Positions 45,285 to 55,392 of a stretch of DNA of 64,000 bases are shown piece by piece. Source of the DNA: Spirochaetia bacterium (lineage in GTDB: Bacteria; Spirochaetota; Spirochaetia; SZUA-6; Bin103); assembly GCA_965198005.1 (NCBI GenBank), contig CBDAOI010000002.1, forward strand, positions 544,001 to 608,000. Reading direction: 5' to 3'. The notes under the pieces were generated by a model. That model was given only the letters and a program-made list of their open reading frames with translations, ran no database searches and had not been told where the DNA came from. The position numbers and the translations under genes are program-made. Within the stretch, counting starts at the first letter, position 1. Every line of letters starts with the position of its first letter.

Positions 45285-46471
45285 GGCGCAATCCGTACCG
45301 TGGCTACCACGAGAGTCGGCTGGAAAGCGAACTCGGGCGGCGGGTTGCCGTTCTCGGCCAGGGTCTGGCGGGCGAGCCGTATGCCCACGCCGAAGCGTTG
45401 CGCGAAGCCGAGGCGGTGCATGATCTCGGCCAACAGCGGATTGCGGTAGTCGGTGTCACCCGTGCCGAAGTTCTCCGGGGTGATTCTCCCGTACAACCCG
45501 CCGGGGCTCGCAATCTCTACACGGTCCGCGAACCAGTGAATTCGTACCGGTGTGTTGGTTCCTTCGTAGGTGCGGTGCATGACGGCGTTGTACGCGAGTT
45601 GCCGCAGTGCGTCGATCGGATAGTCGGGGCGGCGCCGTTCGCGCAGCGCACCCACGACCTCGGTGCGAACCGAAACGTTCAATTCGAGCAGCTCGTCGAG
45701 GCGGCGCACCACGTCGTCCAGGCGCCCGGTGAGCGGCTTCTGATCCCGGATAGGGTCCGTAATCTCGCTGCCGTCGATGCGCAGGAATTGAACGTACGCG
45801 CCGGGTACGAATGCTTGCGGATCCACTCCAAACGCAAGCACGGCCGCCCAGGTCGGCGTTCCGCGATGAACCAGCCGCAGAGACTGCAATTGATGCGCCA
45901 GCGGTCGTTCGTTCTTCTCGAGAACTTCCGGCGCAATCGCATTGGGCAGGTAACAGCGCCGTGCGAAGTCCAGATCGAGAGCCTCGATAGCGACGCCGGG
46001 GGCTGGTCTCATGTCGAACGGCACGTCGGTTGCGCGGCGGCGCTCGCTGAGTATGCGCTCGTCCGAAACGGCTGCCTCGCGTACGGAGGGACCGACGCGG
46101 ACCCAAACGCGACCGCGGTACCGTACCGGTGGATCGTGTGCCGGCTCGACGGTTACGACCGCCACGTCGCAGCCGTTCAGCAGCCGCTTCTGGACGGTCA
46201 TCGACGGCAACGGCAGGATGTCGCCCTCTCCGCGAATGTTCGCGAGCCGCGTCAGCACCTCGTCATCGATCGTCAACGACGCGCAGGCCCCGTCATCCTG
46301 AACGCCAACCAGCACCACACCAGCGCGGCCATTTGCAGGCAGATCATTGGCAAACGCGCAGATGTTCCGCCGGATTTTCGTGCCGTCGGCAACTGACCTC
46401 TTGCGTTCCACCAAGTCAGACTCCAGGTCCGACATCATTGACTCGAGTTCAGAATCGGAATATGTTGCCAT
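45281..46471 (-). CDS. Schlafen AlbA_2 domain plus HATPase_c_4-type domain protein
   Basis: ESDLVERK, ICAFAN, LVGVQDDG; NAVMHRTY, IASPGG, YRNPLLA, GVGI. Confidence 0.85.
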   Translation of the reverse strand: MATYSDSELESMMSDLESDLVERKRSVADGTKIRRNICAFANDLPANGRAGVVLVGVQDDGACASLTIDDEVLTRLANIRGEGDILPLPSMTVQKRLLNGCDVAVVTVEPAHDPPVRYRGRVWVRVGPSVREAAVSDERILSERRRATDVPFDMRPAPGVAIEALDLDFARRCYLPNAIAPEVLEKNERPLAHQLQSLRLVHRGTPTWAAVLAFGVDPQAFVPGAYVQFLRIDGSEITDPIRDQKPLTGRLDDVVRRLDELLELNVSVRTEVVGALRERRRPDYPIDALRQLAYNAVMHRTYEGTNTPVRIHWFADRVEIASPGGLYGRITPENFGTGDTDYRNPLLAEIMHRLGFAQRFGVGIRLARQTLAENGNPPPEFAFQPTLVVATVRIAP

Positions 46472-46574
46472 TACTGATCATCGCTGCGGCATCGCCACCC
46501 GGATGTGGCGCTCGGCAAGCGTCAGGTCGAATCGTAGCACGTTCATCCTATCGCAACCAGCGCAGCGCGGTAAA

Positions 46575-46670
46575 ACGGGCCAACTGCCGGTGCGGCCGCC
46601 GCCGGTCGCGACGGTACGCGCTTACAAGGGGTTGAACGTGGTCGAGCGCGCATTCCGCAGCTACAAGGGT
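46575..46670 (+). mobile_element. IS1634-like transposase fragment
   Basis: VRAYKGLNVVERAFRSYK. Confidence 0.65.
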
Positions 46671-46779
46671 GGCGAGGTCACCACCTGGTGGACGCTGGCG
46701 TCGTCGAGCAACGATAGGTCGCGTGCATCATGGTTGAAGAGCCGATGCCGCGTGGGTATCTGGCGCACCGCCTCCGCGA

Positions 46780-46967
46780 TCAGCGTCAGGAGGCGCCGAT
46801 CCCGCGCGATGCGTGGCAAATCACACTGCAGGTCGGCCAGGTGACGCAGCTCTCCTGGGCGACCTCGCAGCCTGCCGCACCGCCAAGCTCGGCGGCCACG
46901 TCGATGCCTGCGATGCCTGCGGCGAGGTGCGCGTATCGTACAACTCCTGCCGCAATCGCCACTGTCC
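46780..46967 (+). mobile_element. IS91-family transposase zinc-binding fragment
   Basis: CRTAKLGG...CDAC...YNSCRNRHCP. Confidence 0.85.
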
Positions 46968-47105
46968 TGTAGATTCCGGGCGAGCCCTACCAGGCATTCC
47001 GGGGAACGTTACCACTGAATCCGGGCAACCTTACCAGCGATTCCGGGGCAAGCCTTCCAATTTTGGGTGGTTACCGGAATCGGTGGTAGGGATGATCGGA
47101 ACGGA
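46968..47105. repeat. IS21-type terminus / MITE-like remnant
   Basis: Begins TGTAGATTCCGGG; four roughly 22-bp ATTCCGGG...TACCA units, then inverted CCGGAAT...TGGTA. Confidence 0.6.
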
Positions 47106-47109
47106 CCGG

Positions 47110-47303
47110 CGCGCATCAACGTCTCTTATCGAGGAAGCTTCCCGCAGGTTGAACGCGTCCTTGATCTGAACCACCGCTCGCGGCTGGACCAGATCGACGC
47201 AGCGCTCGCGGCCGTGGGGCTGCGTCTGGATGTGGTGGGGGTCGCCGAAACAGACTCACCGGCAGCCGTCGCGACCGATGGGGCTGCAACTCCCTACGTA
47301 TAG
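47110..47303 (+). pseudogene. HicB-like antitoxin C-terminal fragment
   Basis: QVERVLDLNHRSRLDQIDAALAAVG. Confidence 0.55.
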
Positions 47304-47333
47304 CTGCTGCGCCTCCCGCTGTCCGGCACCGCG

Positions 47334-47795
47334 ATGGCGCTGGCGGTCGCCCTGCCCGACGTCGACCGCGACGGGCGCCGCGACATCGTGATCGGCAACG
47401 ACTACGAGGTGCCCGACTCTCGTCTACCTCAACCGGCCGAGGCACTGGGTGAAGGCGGCGCCGTTCGCGCGGACGGCTACAACACGATGGCGTTCGCCGA
47501 AGGCGACTGTCGACAACGACGGCCGCTTCGAGCTGCTGGCGGCCGACATGAAGCCGTACCGTTCGGGGAGCCGACCTCGACCCGGGGCCTGGGGACCGGT
47601 GCTGCCGCCGGACGCCCACGACACCGGACGCGCCCAGATATACGCCAACCCCTGCAGGTGCGGGATGCGGCCGGCGCGTCCCGCAACCGCGCGGCCGGGG
47701 TCGGGGTCGACGCCACCGGCTGGAACTGGTCGGCTCAGTTCGGCGGTCTGGACAACGACGGCGACCTCGACCTGTACACGGTCAACGGCATGTCG
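47334..47795 (+). pseudogene. FG-GAP/VCBS repeat protein fragment
   Basis: DVDRDGRRDI, DNDGRFEL, LDNDGDLDLY. Confidence 0.7.
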
Positions 47796-47879
47796 GCGAG
47801 GCGTTCGGTCACCTGCCCGGCGCGGGGCTGCAGTCGAAAGACTGGCCAATGCCAGGCGGACAAAGCCCGCTCCGGATGC

Positions 47880-48200
47880 TGTCGCGGAGCGGGTCGAGGT
47901 CCTAGCTGCGCCGTCGGCCGAGACGTGGTGCAGCGAGGTACGCTCGTACCTTGAGTTACTGCAGCGCGTGGTGGATCAGACCAAAGCGGCGGGTGTTCGC
48001 CGGCGAGACGGTGCCGGCGAGCGAGAAGGTGGTGAGCCTGTTCGAGCCGCACACCGACATCATCTGGTGGTGGAGACCGGCAACCCGGCCGATAGTGAAC
48101 GCTGCCTGCCGATGCTGGAGCGGCACGGGAAACCTACGGCGAGGCGACGCGACGAGTGGCGTTCGATGGCGGCTATGCGTCGCGGGCGCGCCGCGATGCC
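47880..48200 (+). mobile_element. IS5/ISNCY-like transposase fragment
   Basis: VPASEKVVSLFEPHTDII, GNPAD, DGGYAS. Confidence 0.7.
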
Positions 48201-48242
48201 CTCGAAATACATCCGGCAACCTGTTCCTCCTGACGCCCCGCG

Positions 48243-48477
48243 CTACTCCAACCTCAGGCCAAATGCCGAATCGCGGTGTAATTGAATATCCGCGATGTCT
48301 TCCGACGTGAACGGCGCGCTGTGGTGGGGACACTCTATCTCCTCGGCGTTAAAAACCAACACGTCGTTGAGTTGATCCCCATTCTTGAGCCGAATATCGA
48401 CTCGTTGATAACCCATGCCGGACTCGGGTAGTCTTGCAGAGCTGATCAACCCAACGCTCAGGAAGTTGGAACCGCAT
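48243..48477 (-). pseudogene. Small PESGMGYQ-domain protein (1-nt frameshift near 48435)
   Basis: MRFQLPERWVDQLC / RLPESGMGYQRVDIRLKNG. Confidence 0.55.
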
Positions 48478-48479
48478 AA

Positions 48480-48857
48480 CTACCTGTCTGGAATTGTGTC
48501 CGTTTGGATCAAAGTACTGGGCGGCGTATCCTGCTCGAAACGAACTTCAACACCGCCGCCTGACTGACTGTAATTCGGAGCTACTGTACTGTTGGAACGA
48601 AAACTTCCATGAGTATTGACGATGATACTCTTCGGCTCGATATCGATTACTTGGATGTCGCCATCGACGATTATCCTGCCGTCCTGATCCTGATAGCCAG
48701 CAAGTTCATGCATGTGCTCCAGGTTGATACATAACTCGGCGTTCATTATCAATAAACGATTTCCGCTACCACTCGTTTGCACAAGCTGGTACCCCATGCC
48801 AGACTCGGGTTGGGACAGCAGAAACTCTCGGACGTTGCCGTCAACCTTAGCGAGCAT
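48480..48857 (-). CDS. PESGMGYQ-domain protein with TNT-like C-terminal motif (probably internally deleted)
   Basis: GAGGAGG RBS; QPESGMGYQ; VAPNYSQSGGGVEV. Confidence 0.5.
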   Translation of the reverse strand: MLAKVDGNVREFLLSQPESGMGYQLVQTSGSGNRLLIMNAELCINLEHMHELAGYQDQDGRIIVDGDIQVIDIEPKSIIVNTHGSFRSNSTVAPNYSQSGGGVEVRFEQDTPPSTLIQTDTIPDR

Positions 48858-48879
48858 CCATCCTCCTCGTATGGCACAC

Positions 48880-48932
48880 AGCGGTGAGGTGCGTGCCCGA
48901 TCGCGAAGTAGTTCATCCACCCGCGCAGGATC
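48880..48932 (-). mobile_element. Group II intron maturase fragment
   Basis: ILRGWMNYF (domain X motif); only about 17 codons. Confidence 0.5.
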
Positions 48933-48944
48933 GTGGCGCCACTC

Positions 48945-49112
48945 TTGCGCTTACCAGCGGGGAGAGGTTACGCACCTCCATGTCTTCGATCATTCTCTGT
49001 CGCAGTGGTGTCATGATGGAGTCCTCCTCGTGTAGAGACGCGTGGTCCATCAGCCCCCGGAGCGCGGCTACGCTCCGGGGGCAACCACCCGTCTCCCGGT
49101 TAGTAGCGTTCA
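48945..49112 (-). mobile_element. End of an IS91-like element with tyrosine-recombinase N-terminus
   Basis: GAGGAGG plus MTPLRQRMIEDMEVRNLSP; hairpin CCCCCGGAGCG/CGCTCCGGGGG at 49054-49081. Confidence 0.6.
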
Positions 49113-49268
49113 GACACCATGTAAGGGTTTTGTTTGGGAAGGGCCTTGAGGCCCGAGACGGCAGACGCCATCCCTACCGCGAAGCGGTTTAGTTCAATAT
49201 GTACGTATGTACGATTGTCGAGCCAATCCAGCCTCACGTCGCGGCGCGCGAGTGCGCGCGACAGGAAC

Positions 49269-49707
49269 TCACTTGGTGCCGTCGCTGTGTTCGTCTGTCT
49301 CCGTGTCTTTGGTCGGTCGCCGCTTGCGTCTGCTAACAGCGAATAGGGAAACCAGCCCAATCAGAGGCGCAATCAAGGTAATCAAGCCCGTGACGCTATG
49401 GCCGGTAGCAAGCAAATATACGGCGCCGCACAATGCCACTAGCGTCACCAACAGAGCTGACCGCCTCCCCTGTCTTTCGCTATCGACCGCAGCGCCTAAG
49501 GAGATAGATTCCATCTCATGTTGATGAGCTTGTTGCTTCTCGGCCATTGTGAGCGTTCGCTCGGCGAATCCCGGCAGGATTGCTCGGCGCGTCGCTCGGT
49601 TGGGGTGCAGGCGCGGGATCGCTCGTTTGAGCATCGGGCGGCAAGTTGCTCGCCTGCGAATCAGTCGGCGCGTCGCTCGGTTGCGGAGTGGAGGGCGGAC
49701 CGTTCAA
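49269..49707 (-). pseudogene. DUF2335-like membrane protein
   Basis: ILPGFAERTLTMAEKQQAH plus two TM segments; N-terminus out of frame. Confidence 0.6.
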
Positions 49708-49708
49708 T

Positions 49709-50065
49709 CTAATCTAACGCAAGCGTCATATGCTCATCAGATGCTGAGCGTTCATCGGGCGCCGAGTACAGATTTTCAGGGAGCGCTGGCAGCGAAGGTT
49801 CTGTGGCCACCTCTTCTTTCAGTGCGTCACATATGTAGCTGCCGACGACGACCCAAGGCTCGGCAACATGGCTTGAGCGATACGATTCAAGGTGCATGGA
49901 GCCTATCCGGCCAAGAAATGGAAACACTGAGCACGCACCAGAGAGAAAAGAGTCGAGCTTGGTCTCAGCGGATTTGCACGATCTGGCGGCTGTCCCTACT
50001 GAAAAGAAGGATGCGCTACGACGCGCAGTGCTTACACGCCATAGCTCGTCTCGATCTCGGAACAT
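49709..50065 (-). CDS. Hypothetical partner of the DUF2335-like gene
   Basis: SFLSGACSV...WVVVGSYICDAL; start uncertain. Confidence 0.4.
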   Translation of the reverse strand: MFRDRDELWRVSTARRSASFFSVGTAARSCKSAETKLDSFLSGACSVFPFLGRIGSMHLESYRSSHVAEPWVVVGSYICDALKEEVATEPSLPALPENLYSAPDERSASDEHMTLALD

Positions 50066-50209
50066 CGAACCTAGCCATTTTCGCGGTATCCGGCGCAGGT
50101 CGTGGTCACCGGTTCTCTCTGATCCACCGCTCTCACTAATCACTTTGCATCTACCACCTAAGCTAACATGAATACTGCCGATAGCGACTACAGTCAAGGG
50201 GTGACTACC

Positions 50210-50240
50210 CATGCCGAGCTCGGCCTGCGGGATCGCCTCG
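50210..50240 (-). repeat. 31-bp orphan copy of msp-like 3' sequence
   Basis: CATGCCGAGCTCGGCCTGCGGGATCGCCTCG (EAIPQAELGM), identical to the main gene and cassettes 1 and 2. Confidence 0.85.
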
Positions 50241-50244
50241 TGGA

Positions 50245-50866
50245 AACCGGCAGTGATAGTGCCCCCCCTCGGCGTTTTTAGGGACCCTGCGGGGGCGGCA
50301 TTCAAAGAGACCTCAGGTCGGCACTGAAAAGACCCCCCTCCTCGGCATCGAAAAGGACCCCCCCACGATGCACGGTTGGTGCGTGCACACAACGAACCAC
50401 GTGAGGAGGGTCAGAATGGCCAGGAGGACATCGACGATGGAACTACAGGATATCGTCCGACGACTGCGAATGGGGCAGTCGATCAAGGCGATCAAGCGTG
50501 AGACCGGCAAGCACCGGCGCGTGATCCGCAGGCTGCTGCTGCTCGCCGAGCAGGAGGGGTGGCTGGATGAGCAGGATGAGGTGCCGTCCGAGCAGCAACT
50601 CAGGAGGTGTACCACGAACAGCGGAGCGGCGAGGAGGGCCGCCGGCATCCGCTCGACTCGCACCGTGAGCAGATCGAGGGGTGGCGCGAGGAAGGCTACA
50701 GCTTCCTGGTGATCCACAAGTTGCTCGAAAAGCGGGCGGTGGAATACTCGGAGACCACGGTGCGCCGCTACATCCATCGCCACTTTCCGAAGGCGGTGCG
50801 ACCGGTGATGCGGCGCGAGACGACCGCTGGCGAGGTGATGGAGGTGGACTTCGGACACCTGGGGCT
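50245..50866 (+). mobile_element. istA: IS21 left end plus truncated, frameshifted IstA
   Basis: Repeated CGGCA...GACCCC units; HTH N-terminus, SETTVRRY, GEVMEVDFG. Confidence 0.85.
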
Positions 50867-51095
50867 CACCTTGCCGCGCTCGCTCCGATGCGCGCACTTC
50901 CGCTGCCGTGCGCTACCCTCCCGGCGGCGTGGGTGTCTCCGTCCTGCGCGTGGGTTCTCGGGCGCGTGCACGGTGCGCCACGGCCGTCCGCCGGGTTACT
51001 CGGTATCGACACCCCAGTACCGTAGCCCGCGGCCGCAAGCAACTGCTTGCCCCGGACGTCGAGCGCGAGCACGTGCGCCGCCCCGGTGGCGGACG

Positions 51096-52529
51096 GGGTG
51101 CCAATGCCAAAAGCGGTAACAGGGGTTGACACGATCAAGCGGCGGCTGCCCAGGGCTGTGGTTGGGGCTGGAAGTAGCGTTCCAACTCACCGTTGAGGAG
51201 TGCCAAGCGGGTGCGCAGCACGCACTCGTTGTCGTGGCGCTTCCAACGCATTCCGTTGCCTTTGAACCGTCGCCCGACGACAAACTTGCACTGACCTTCC
51301 ACTGAGCCGCTGCCGATTGGCCAACCAGCTGCTCGGTAGCGCGGGTAGTCCATGCGCTCCTGGTTGTTCTTGAAGTAGTTGGTCTGCTTCCAGGCAAGGT
51401 CGCTGTCGCTGGTCTTGGGCACCGCGCGCTTCATCTCGTGAATCATTTGCAGCACCTCGCCCTCCCACATCATCGTCGACCAGCGGCGGCGTCGTGCTGT
51501 ACGCAGCGATGTCGGCAGCAGATCACCATAGTCAGTGAGGTGTTTCTCAGCATGGTAGTAGTCGAGAATTTGTACCGCTCCGGGAAAGTGGGTCATCTGC
51601 AATTCCCAATTGTGGTGCGCGCCATCGGCCAGAAATAGCGTCTGCCCGGCATCCATGAAGCCCATCTGCAGCCCCGCCTGCTCGGCGTACTCGGCGAATT
51701 CCTTGCGTGGTCCGTAGCGCGCGCCCGTCCAGCGGTCGATGATCTTCTTCCCTTCCCGCTGCTCGATGACTATCAGGTTGCACTCCTTGTGACAGGTCGG
51801 AGCGCGCAGGCTCGCACGCCCCGTTACTCCTTCCAGCTCAGTGATTTGTGGACTCATCGTTCCGTCCACCTCAACCACCATCAGCGGGCACGGTCGATCC
51901 CTGCGCGCCGCTTCGATCAGAGGAGCTTCCGGAATACGCTCCCCGGTCTTCTCGGTGGTCCGCTGCACCGCCGTCGCACTTACGCTGAATCCCAGCAGCC
52001 GCTCCAGCTTCTCTGCCGCCCCCTGGTACGACTCATCAGCGCCCAGCGCGCAGATCAGCAGCGTCATCAACGGTGAGTACCCGAAACAGCCGTCCATTCC
52101 CATTTGCGCATCCAGCGGCGCTATACTCCCCGACCGATCCCGGTACCGGTAGCACCGTCGCGGGCGTACTACCTCCTCCCCAAATCGGTTGATGAAGCGT
52201 AGATTGCGCACCCGCTCGAACACCGCCACCTCGTCCCCCACCTTGATCTGGTTGGCGTGGGTCGGCTCTTCGACGCCCTCGACCACCTCCTGGACCATCA
52301 TGTCCCCAACCCAGTTCACGAACTCAAGAATCTTCCCCTCGGCGTCGTGCAGGCCGATCTGGCCGCCGTTGATACGCCCCCTGAGCTGCTTGACGAGGTC
52401 CTGAGCCTGCTCTATAATTTCTTCCGTCTTCATGGTCTACCTGCCTCCTGAAAGTTTGCTACTTGGGCAGGTAGACCTTTTTTGTCCCTCAAGTCAATGG
52501 TTTTGCTACCGCTTTCGGCGTTCGCACCC
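51096..52529 (-). mobile_element. Complete ISKra4/ISLre2-type IS
   Basis: Inverted repeats GGGTGCCAATGCCAAAAGCGGTAAC / GGGTGCGAACGCCGAAAGCGGTAGC (21 of 25 match); no target duplication seen. Confidence 0.82.
51135..52433 (-). CDS. ISKra4/ISLre2-type DDE transposase, intact
   Basis: EVDGT, ADGAHHNW, ILDYYHA, IGSGSVEGQCK. Confidence 0.9.
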   Translation of the reverse strand: MKTEEIIEQAQDLVKQLRGRINGGQIGLHDAEGKILEFVNWVGDMMVQEVVEGVEEPTHANQIKVGDEVAVFERVRNLRFINRFGEEVVRPRRCYRYRDRSGSIAPLDAQMGMDGCFGYSPLMTLLICALGADESYQGAAEKLERLLGFSVSATAVQRTTEKTGERIPEAPLIEAARRDRPCPLMVVEVDGTMSPQITELEGVTGRASLRAPTCHKECNLIVIEQREGKKIIDRWTGARYGPRKEFAEYAEQAGLQMGFMDAGQTLFLADGAHHNWELQMTHFPGAVQILDYYHAEKHLTDYGDLLPTSLRTARRRRWSTMMWEGEVLQMIHEMKRAVPKTSDSDLAWKQTNYFKNNQERMDYPRYRAAGWPIGSGSVEGQCKFVVGRRFKGNGMRWKRHDNECVLRTRLALLNGELERYFQPQPQPWAAAA

Positions 52530-52794
52530 AGCGCCGTCATATACGCTGATGGGCACCTCGTCTCCCTCATGATGCCGCACTTGGTCGGGGCCGACGTTGA
52601 TCCCACACGGGAAGGCAGCCGTCTCTGACCCTGGTACACGCCTGACTTCGCCGGCGCCAACCTCCGTGCACCGGTCGATGGCGAACTTGCGTGACCGGAT
52701 GTCGTCCCTGCAACTCAGCCACTTGCTCAGAGCGTTCTCGACGGCACAAGGGGTGACGGCGCGGAAGGTGGTCCGCTCGTATCTGGCGGTGGTG

Positions 52795-52960
52795 CCGGCG
52801 CTCCGGCGTCAGGCTTGCGGCGCGCGCTGCGGCACCTCTTGCCCGCCGGTCGGTTCGGGGACGGGATCGTCTGGCTTACCGTGGTCGACGGGCTGGTCTC
52901 CGACCGACATATCGACGATTAGCTTGGCGAGTTGGTTCGGGTCGCGCGGCCGCCGACCTA
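52795..52960 (-). pseudogene. Second 'RPRDPNQLAK' small-protein remnant
   Basis: RRPRDPNQLAKLIVDMS...ARAASLTPERR. Confidence 0.6.
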
Positions 52961-53471
52961 TGCAGCACCGCCCGCTGTCTGAAGCTCGGCCACGTCGCGT
53001 TTCAGGTTCGCCACGTCCGCCTGCAGAATACGCAAATCGGTGGCGTAAGTTGTTCGCTCCACAGCCGCGACGATTTCCGCGACCAAGTGGCCCACGACGT
53101 CCTTACCCGACCACGCGGGCTGGACCGCGGCGGCTATCCGCTCGAAAAGGACCAACCGCGCCGAGTCAACCCCTGGACCACACCCTCGGCAATCTCCTGA
53201 GCTAACCCGTTGTGGAGGAATGCCAACTCCTGCCTGACGAAGCGGCCGTGAATCTCCATGTCCTTGGTCAACTTAGCCATCTTTTCATCGAAACCGGCCA
53301 TCTTTTCATCGAAACCGGCCATCTTTTCATCGCGGCCATCTTTTCATCGAAACCGGCCATCTTTTCATCGAAACCGGCCATCTTTTCATCGAAACCGGCC
53401 ATCTTTTCATTAAGACTGGCCACGTTATCATAGAGCCTGACCAGCAAATCGTCTCTGTCGGCCTCCGTCAT
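52958..53471 (-). pseudogene. Heptad coiled-coil protein (EKMAGFD)n, frameshifted
   Basis: GGAGG RBS; one repeat unit 4 nt short; second shift near 53150. Confidence 0.6.
53276..53410. repeat. 21-bp tandem repeat, 7 units (one of 17 bp)
   Basis: GCCATCTTTTCATCGAAACCG at 53276, 53297, 53318, 53335, 53356, 53377, 53398. Confidence 0.92.
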
Positions 53472-53547
53472 CCAATGCACCTCCAGTGTACGGATATTCC
53501 ACTAGCTAGCTAGCTATACCACATGGTGGCACGGTTCATCAAGCGGG

Positions 53548-53624
53548 ACCAAAGGTCGCGGCGCATCTTCATGGAGCTGGTGCCCTCGATGCCGGTGGTC
53601 ATGAGGTAGCCGGCGATGGCCCAT
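53548..53624 (-). mobile_element. IS1595-family transposase fragment
   Basis: WAIAGYLMTTGIEGTSSMKMRRDL. Confidence 0.65.
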
Positions 53625-53705
53625 AGTCAGGGTGCCACCGAGGGTGTCGGCGAAACCAAAGCTCAGTTTGCCGTTCACCAACACCTGGTCGTCGGCTGAG
53701 TCATC
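53625..53705 (-). pseudogene. Diverged msp-like fragment
   Basis: DDQVLVNGKLSFGFADTLGGTLT aligns with DMMVNANLSYGF-DALGGKLT. Confidence 0.6.
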
Positions 53706-54125
53706 ACACTTGCGTCACCTGTAGTAGTCAGCGTAATAGTCTCCGCCGCCGGGGCAGACGTTGGTGTGCTCGGTCCCCCCGATCAAGTGGCGGAAGACGC
53801 GCTGCGCCGGGCCACGGTGGCCGGGGCGATCGTGGTGGCACCGGGCGGCGACGGTTCAGCGGAGATGCCGACTGGTAGGGCTCACCGTCGGCGCCGGCCA
53901 CCAGGAAACTCGTATTCGAGCCGTTCCGCGCCCGATCCCGTCGGGCGCGACGTTTGCTGATGCTGATCCCGGTGACCTTGGGGAGCCGATTGGGGGGTCT
54001 CCATCATCGACTGCGTTCAACCGAATCGTGATCTGCGCTCCGATGCTGCTGAGCGTAGCAGTCGCCCTTTTTGCCGGGATCGTCGTATTCGTTGACACGG
54101 ACGACACGGACCTCCAATCACCCAA

Positions 54126-54157
54126 CAAAAAACGGCGCATCCGGGAGGGATGCGCCG
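54126..54157 (-). terminator. Intrinsic terminator after cassette 3
   Basis: CGGCGCATCC-CTCCC-GGATGCGCCG plus T tract. Confidence 0.9.
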
Positions 54158-54186
54158 TGGTTGTCGAAGTGACCTGGTAGGGGGGT

Positions 54187-55298
54187 CTAGTATTTGACCT
54201 TGGTCCAGGCGGTCAGGACGCCCAGGTCGTCGTTGTCCGGATCGAACAGCGATTTGGACTTCCACTTCATGCCGAGTTCGGCCATCGGGATCGCCTCGGT
54301 TAGCAGCACCTGGAGTTCGGTATCCACCTGGGACTTCTCGTTATCCAACCGGTTGAGGGTGACGTCGATACTCGGGGTCAGCTTGCCGCCGAGTGCGTCG
54401 AACCCGTAGCTGAGGTTGGCGTTGACCATCATGTCGCTCTTGTCGTTATGGGTCTTGCCCGTGGGGGTGTCGGGAGCTTCGGGATTACCGTTGGCAATAT
54501 CGAACAGTCCCCAGGAAAGCCCGAGGCTCAGGTTCTCGACCAGCCCCATTCCGTCGCCCATCGTTCCGTCGTCCTTCAGTCTGACGTCACGTCACTCGCG
54601 ACATCGTTGTCGGTGGAGTAGATGTAGTTGGCATCCAGCTTTGGTGCCGGTCGACAGCGCGAAGCCCAGCCCGGCGCCCAACTCGTAGTCGGTGCTGGCC
54701 TCTCTGCGGTGTCGGTGGCGCCGGTCAGCACGACGTCGTCGGCGCCCGCCGACAGGGACAGATCGCCGAGGTTGCCCGTGATCTTGGCCGCGAAGCCGGT
54801 CGCCCGTCCGACGGTCGGGTCGCTGTCGTCGCCCTCGATGGTCCGGACGCCCTGCAGGTCGACCGTGGCCGGGCCGATGTCCACGTCGATGTCACCGTTG
54901 ACGTACCAGTCGTGCTTCCTGGCCAACTCGTCTTCCTCGGCCGCGGCATCGTCCGCGGGCTCGTCATAGCCAAGCCCCGAAGAGACTCCCACCGCGATGC
55001 TCGGACCCTCCTGTCGAGCCCGGCGTGGTGCCGTGGCCGCCGAGATGGACGCTGAGATCCTCGTCGTCGCTCTCCGCGTTGCCGGCGTGGTCGTCATCCT
55101 CGACCGCAGGGATCAGGCCCGCCTTGTTGCTGGGAGACGTGTAGATCTGGATCGACGGCGGCCGGTTGATCAAACTTGGCGGTTACGTCCGGATTTTGAC
55201 CACGGCTAGCGCCCTCATGGGTGTGCCCCTCGTGGGCAGCCGCAGGTGTAGTTCGGGAACGCACCAGCGGCTGCGGGCGTGGCTTCACCGGCTGGCAC
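54187..55298 (-). pseudogene. Silent msp-like cassette 3 (3' part only)
   Basis: Homologous to 57736-58760; ends TAWTKVKY; several indels; no signal peptide. Confidence 0.85.
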
Positions 55299-55320
55299 TT
55301 GGCGGCGTGATCGACCTGAC

Positions 55321-55356
55321 AAACAAAACGACGGCGCATCCGGGAGGGATGCGCCG
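55321..55356 (-). terminator. Intrinsic terminator after cassette 2
   Basis: Same hairpin at 55332-55356. Confidence 0.88.
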
Positions 55357-55392
55357 TCGTTGTCGAAGTGACCTGCTAATTGGGGATCTAGT

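Noticed and set aside
50870-51095. Possible guide or structured RNA between IS21 and ISKra4
   Set aside because: GC-rich with no convincing structure and no TnpB/IscB nearby.
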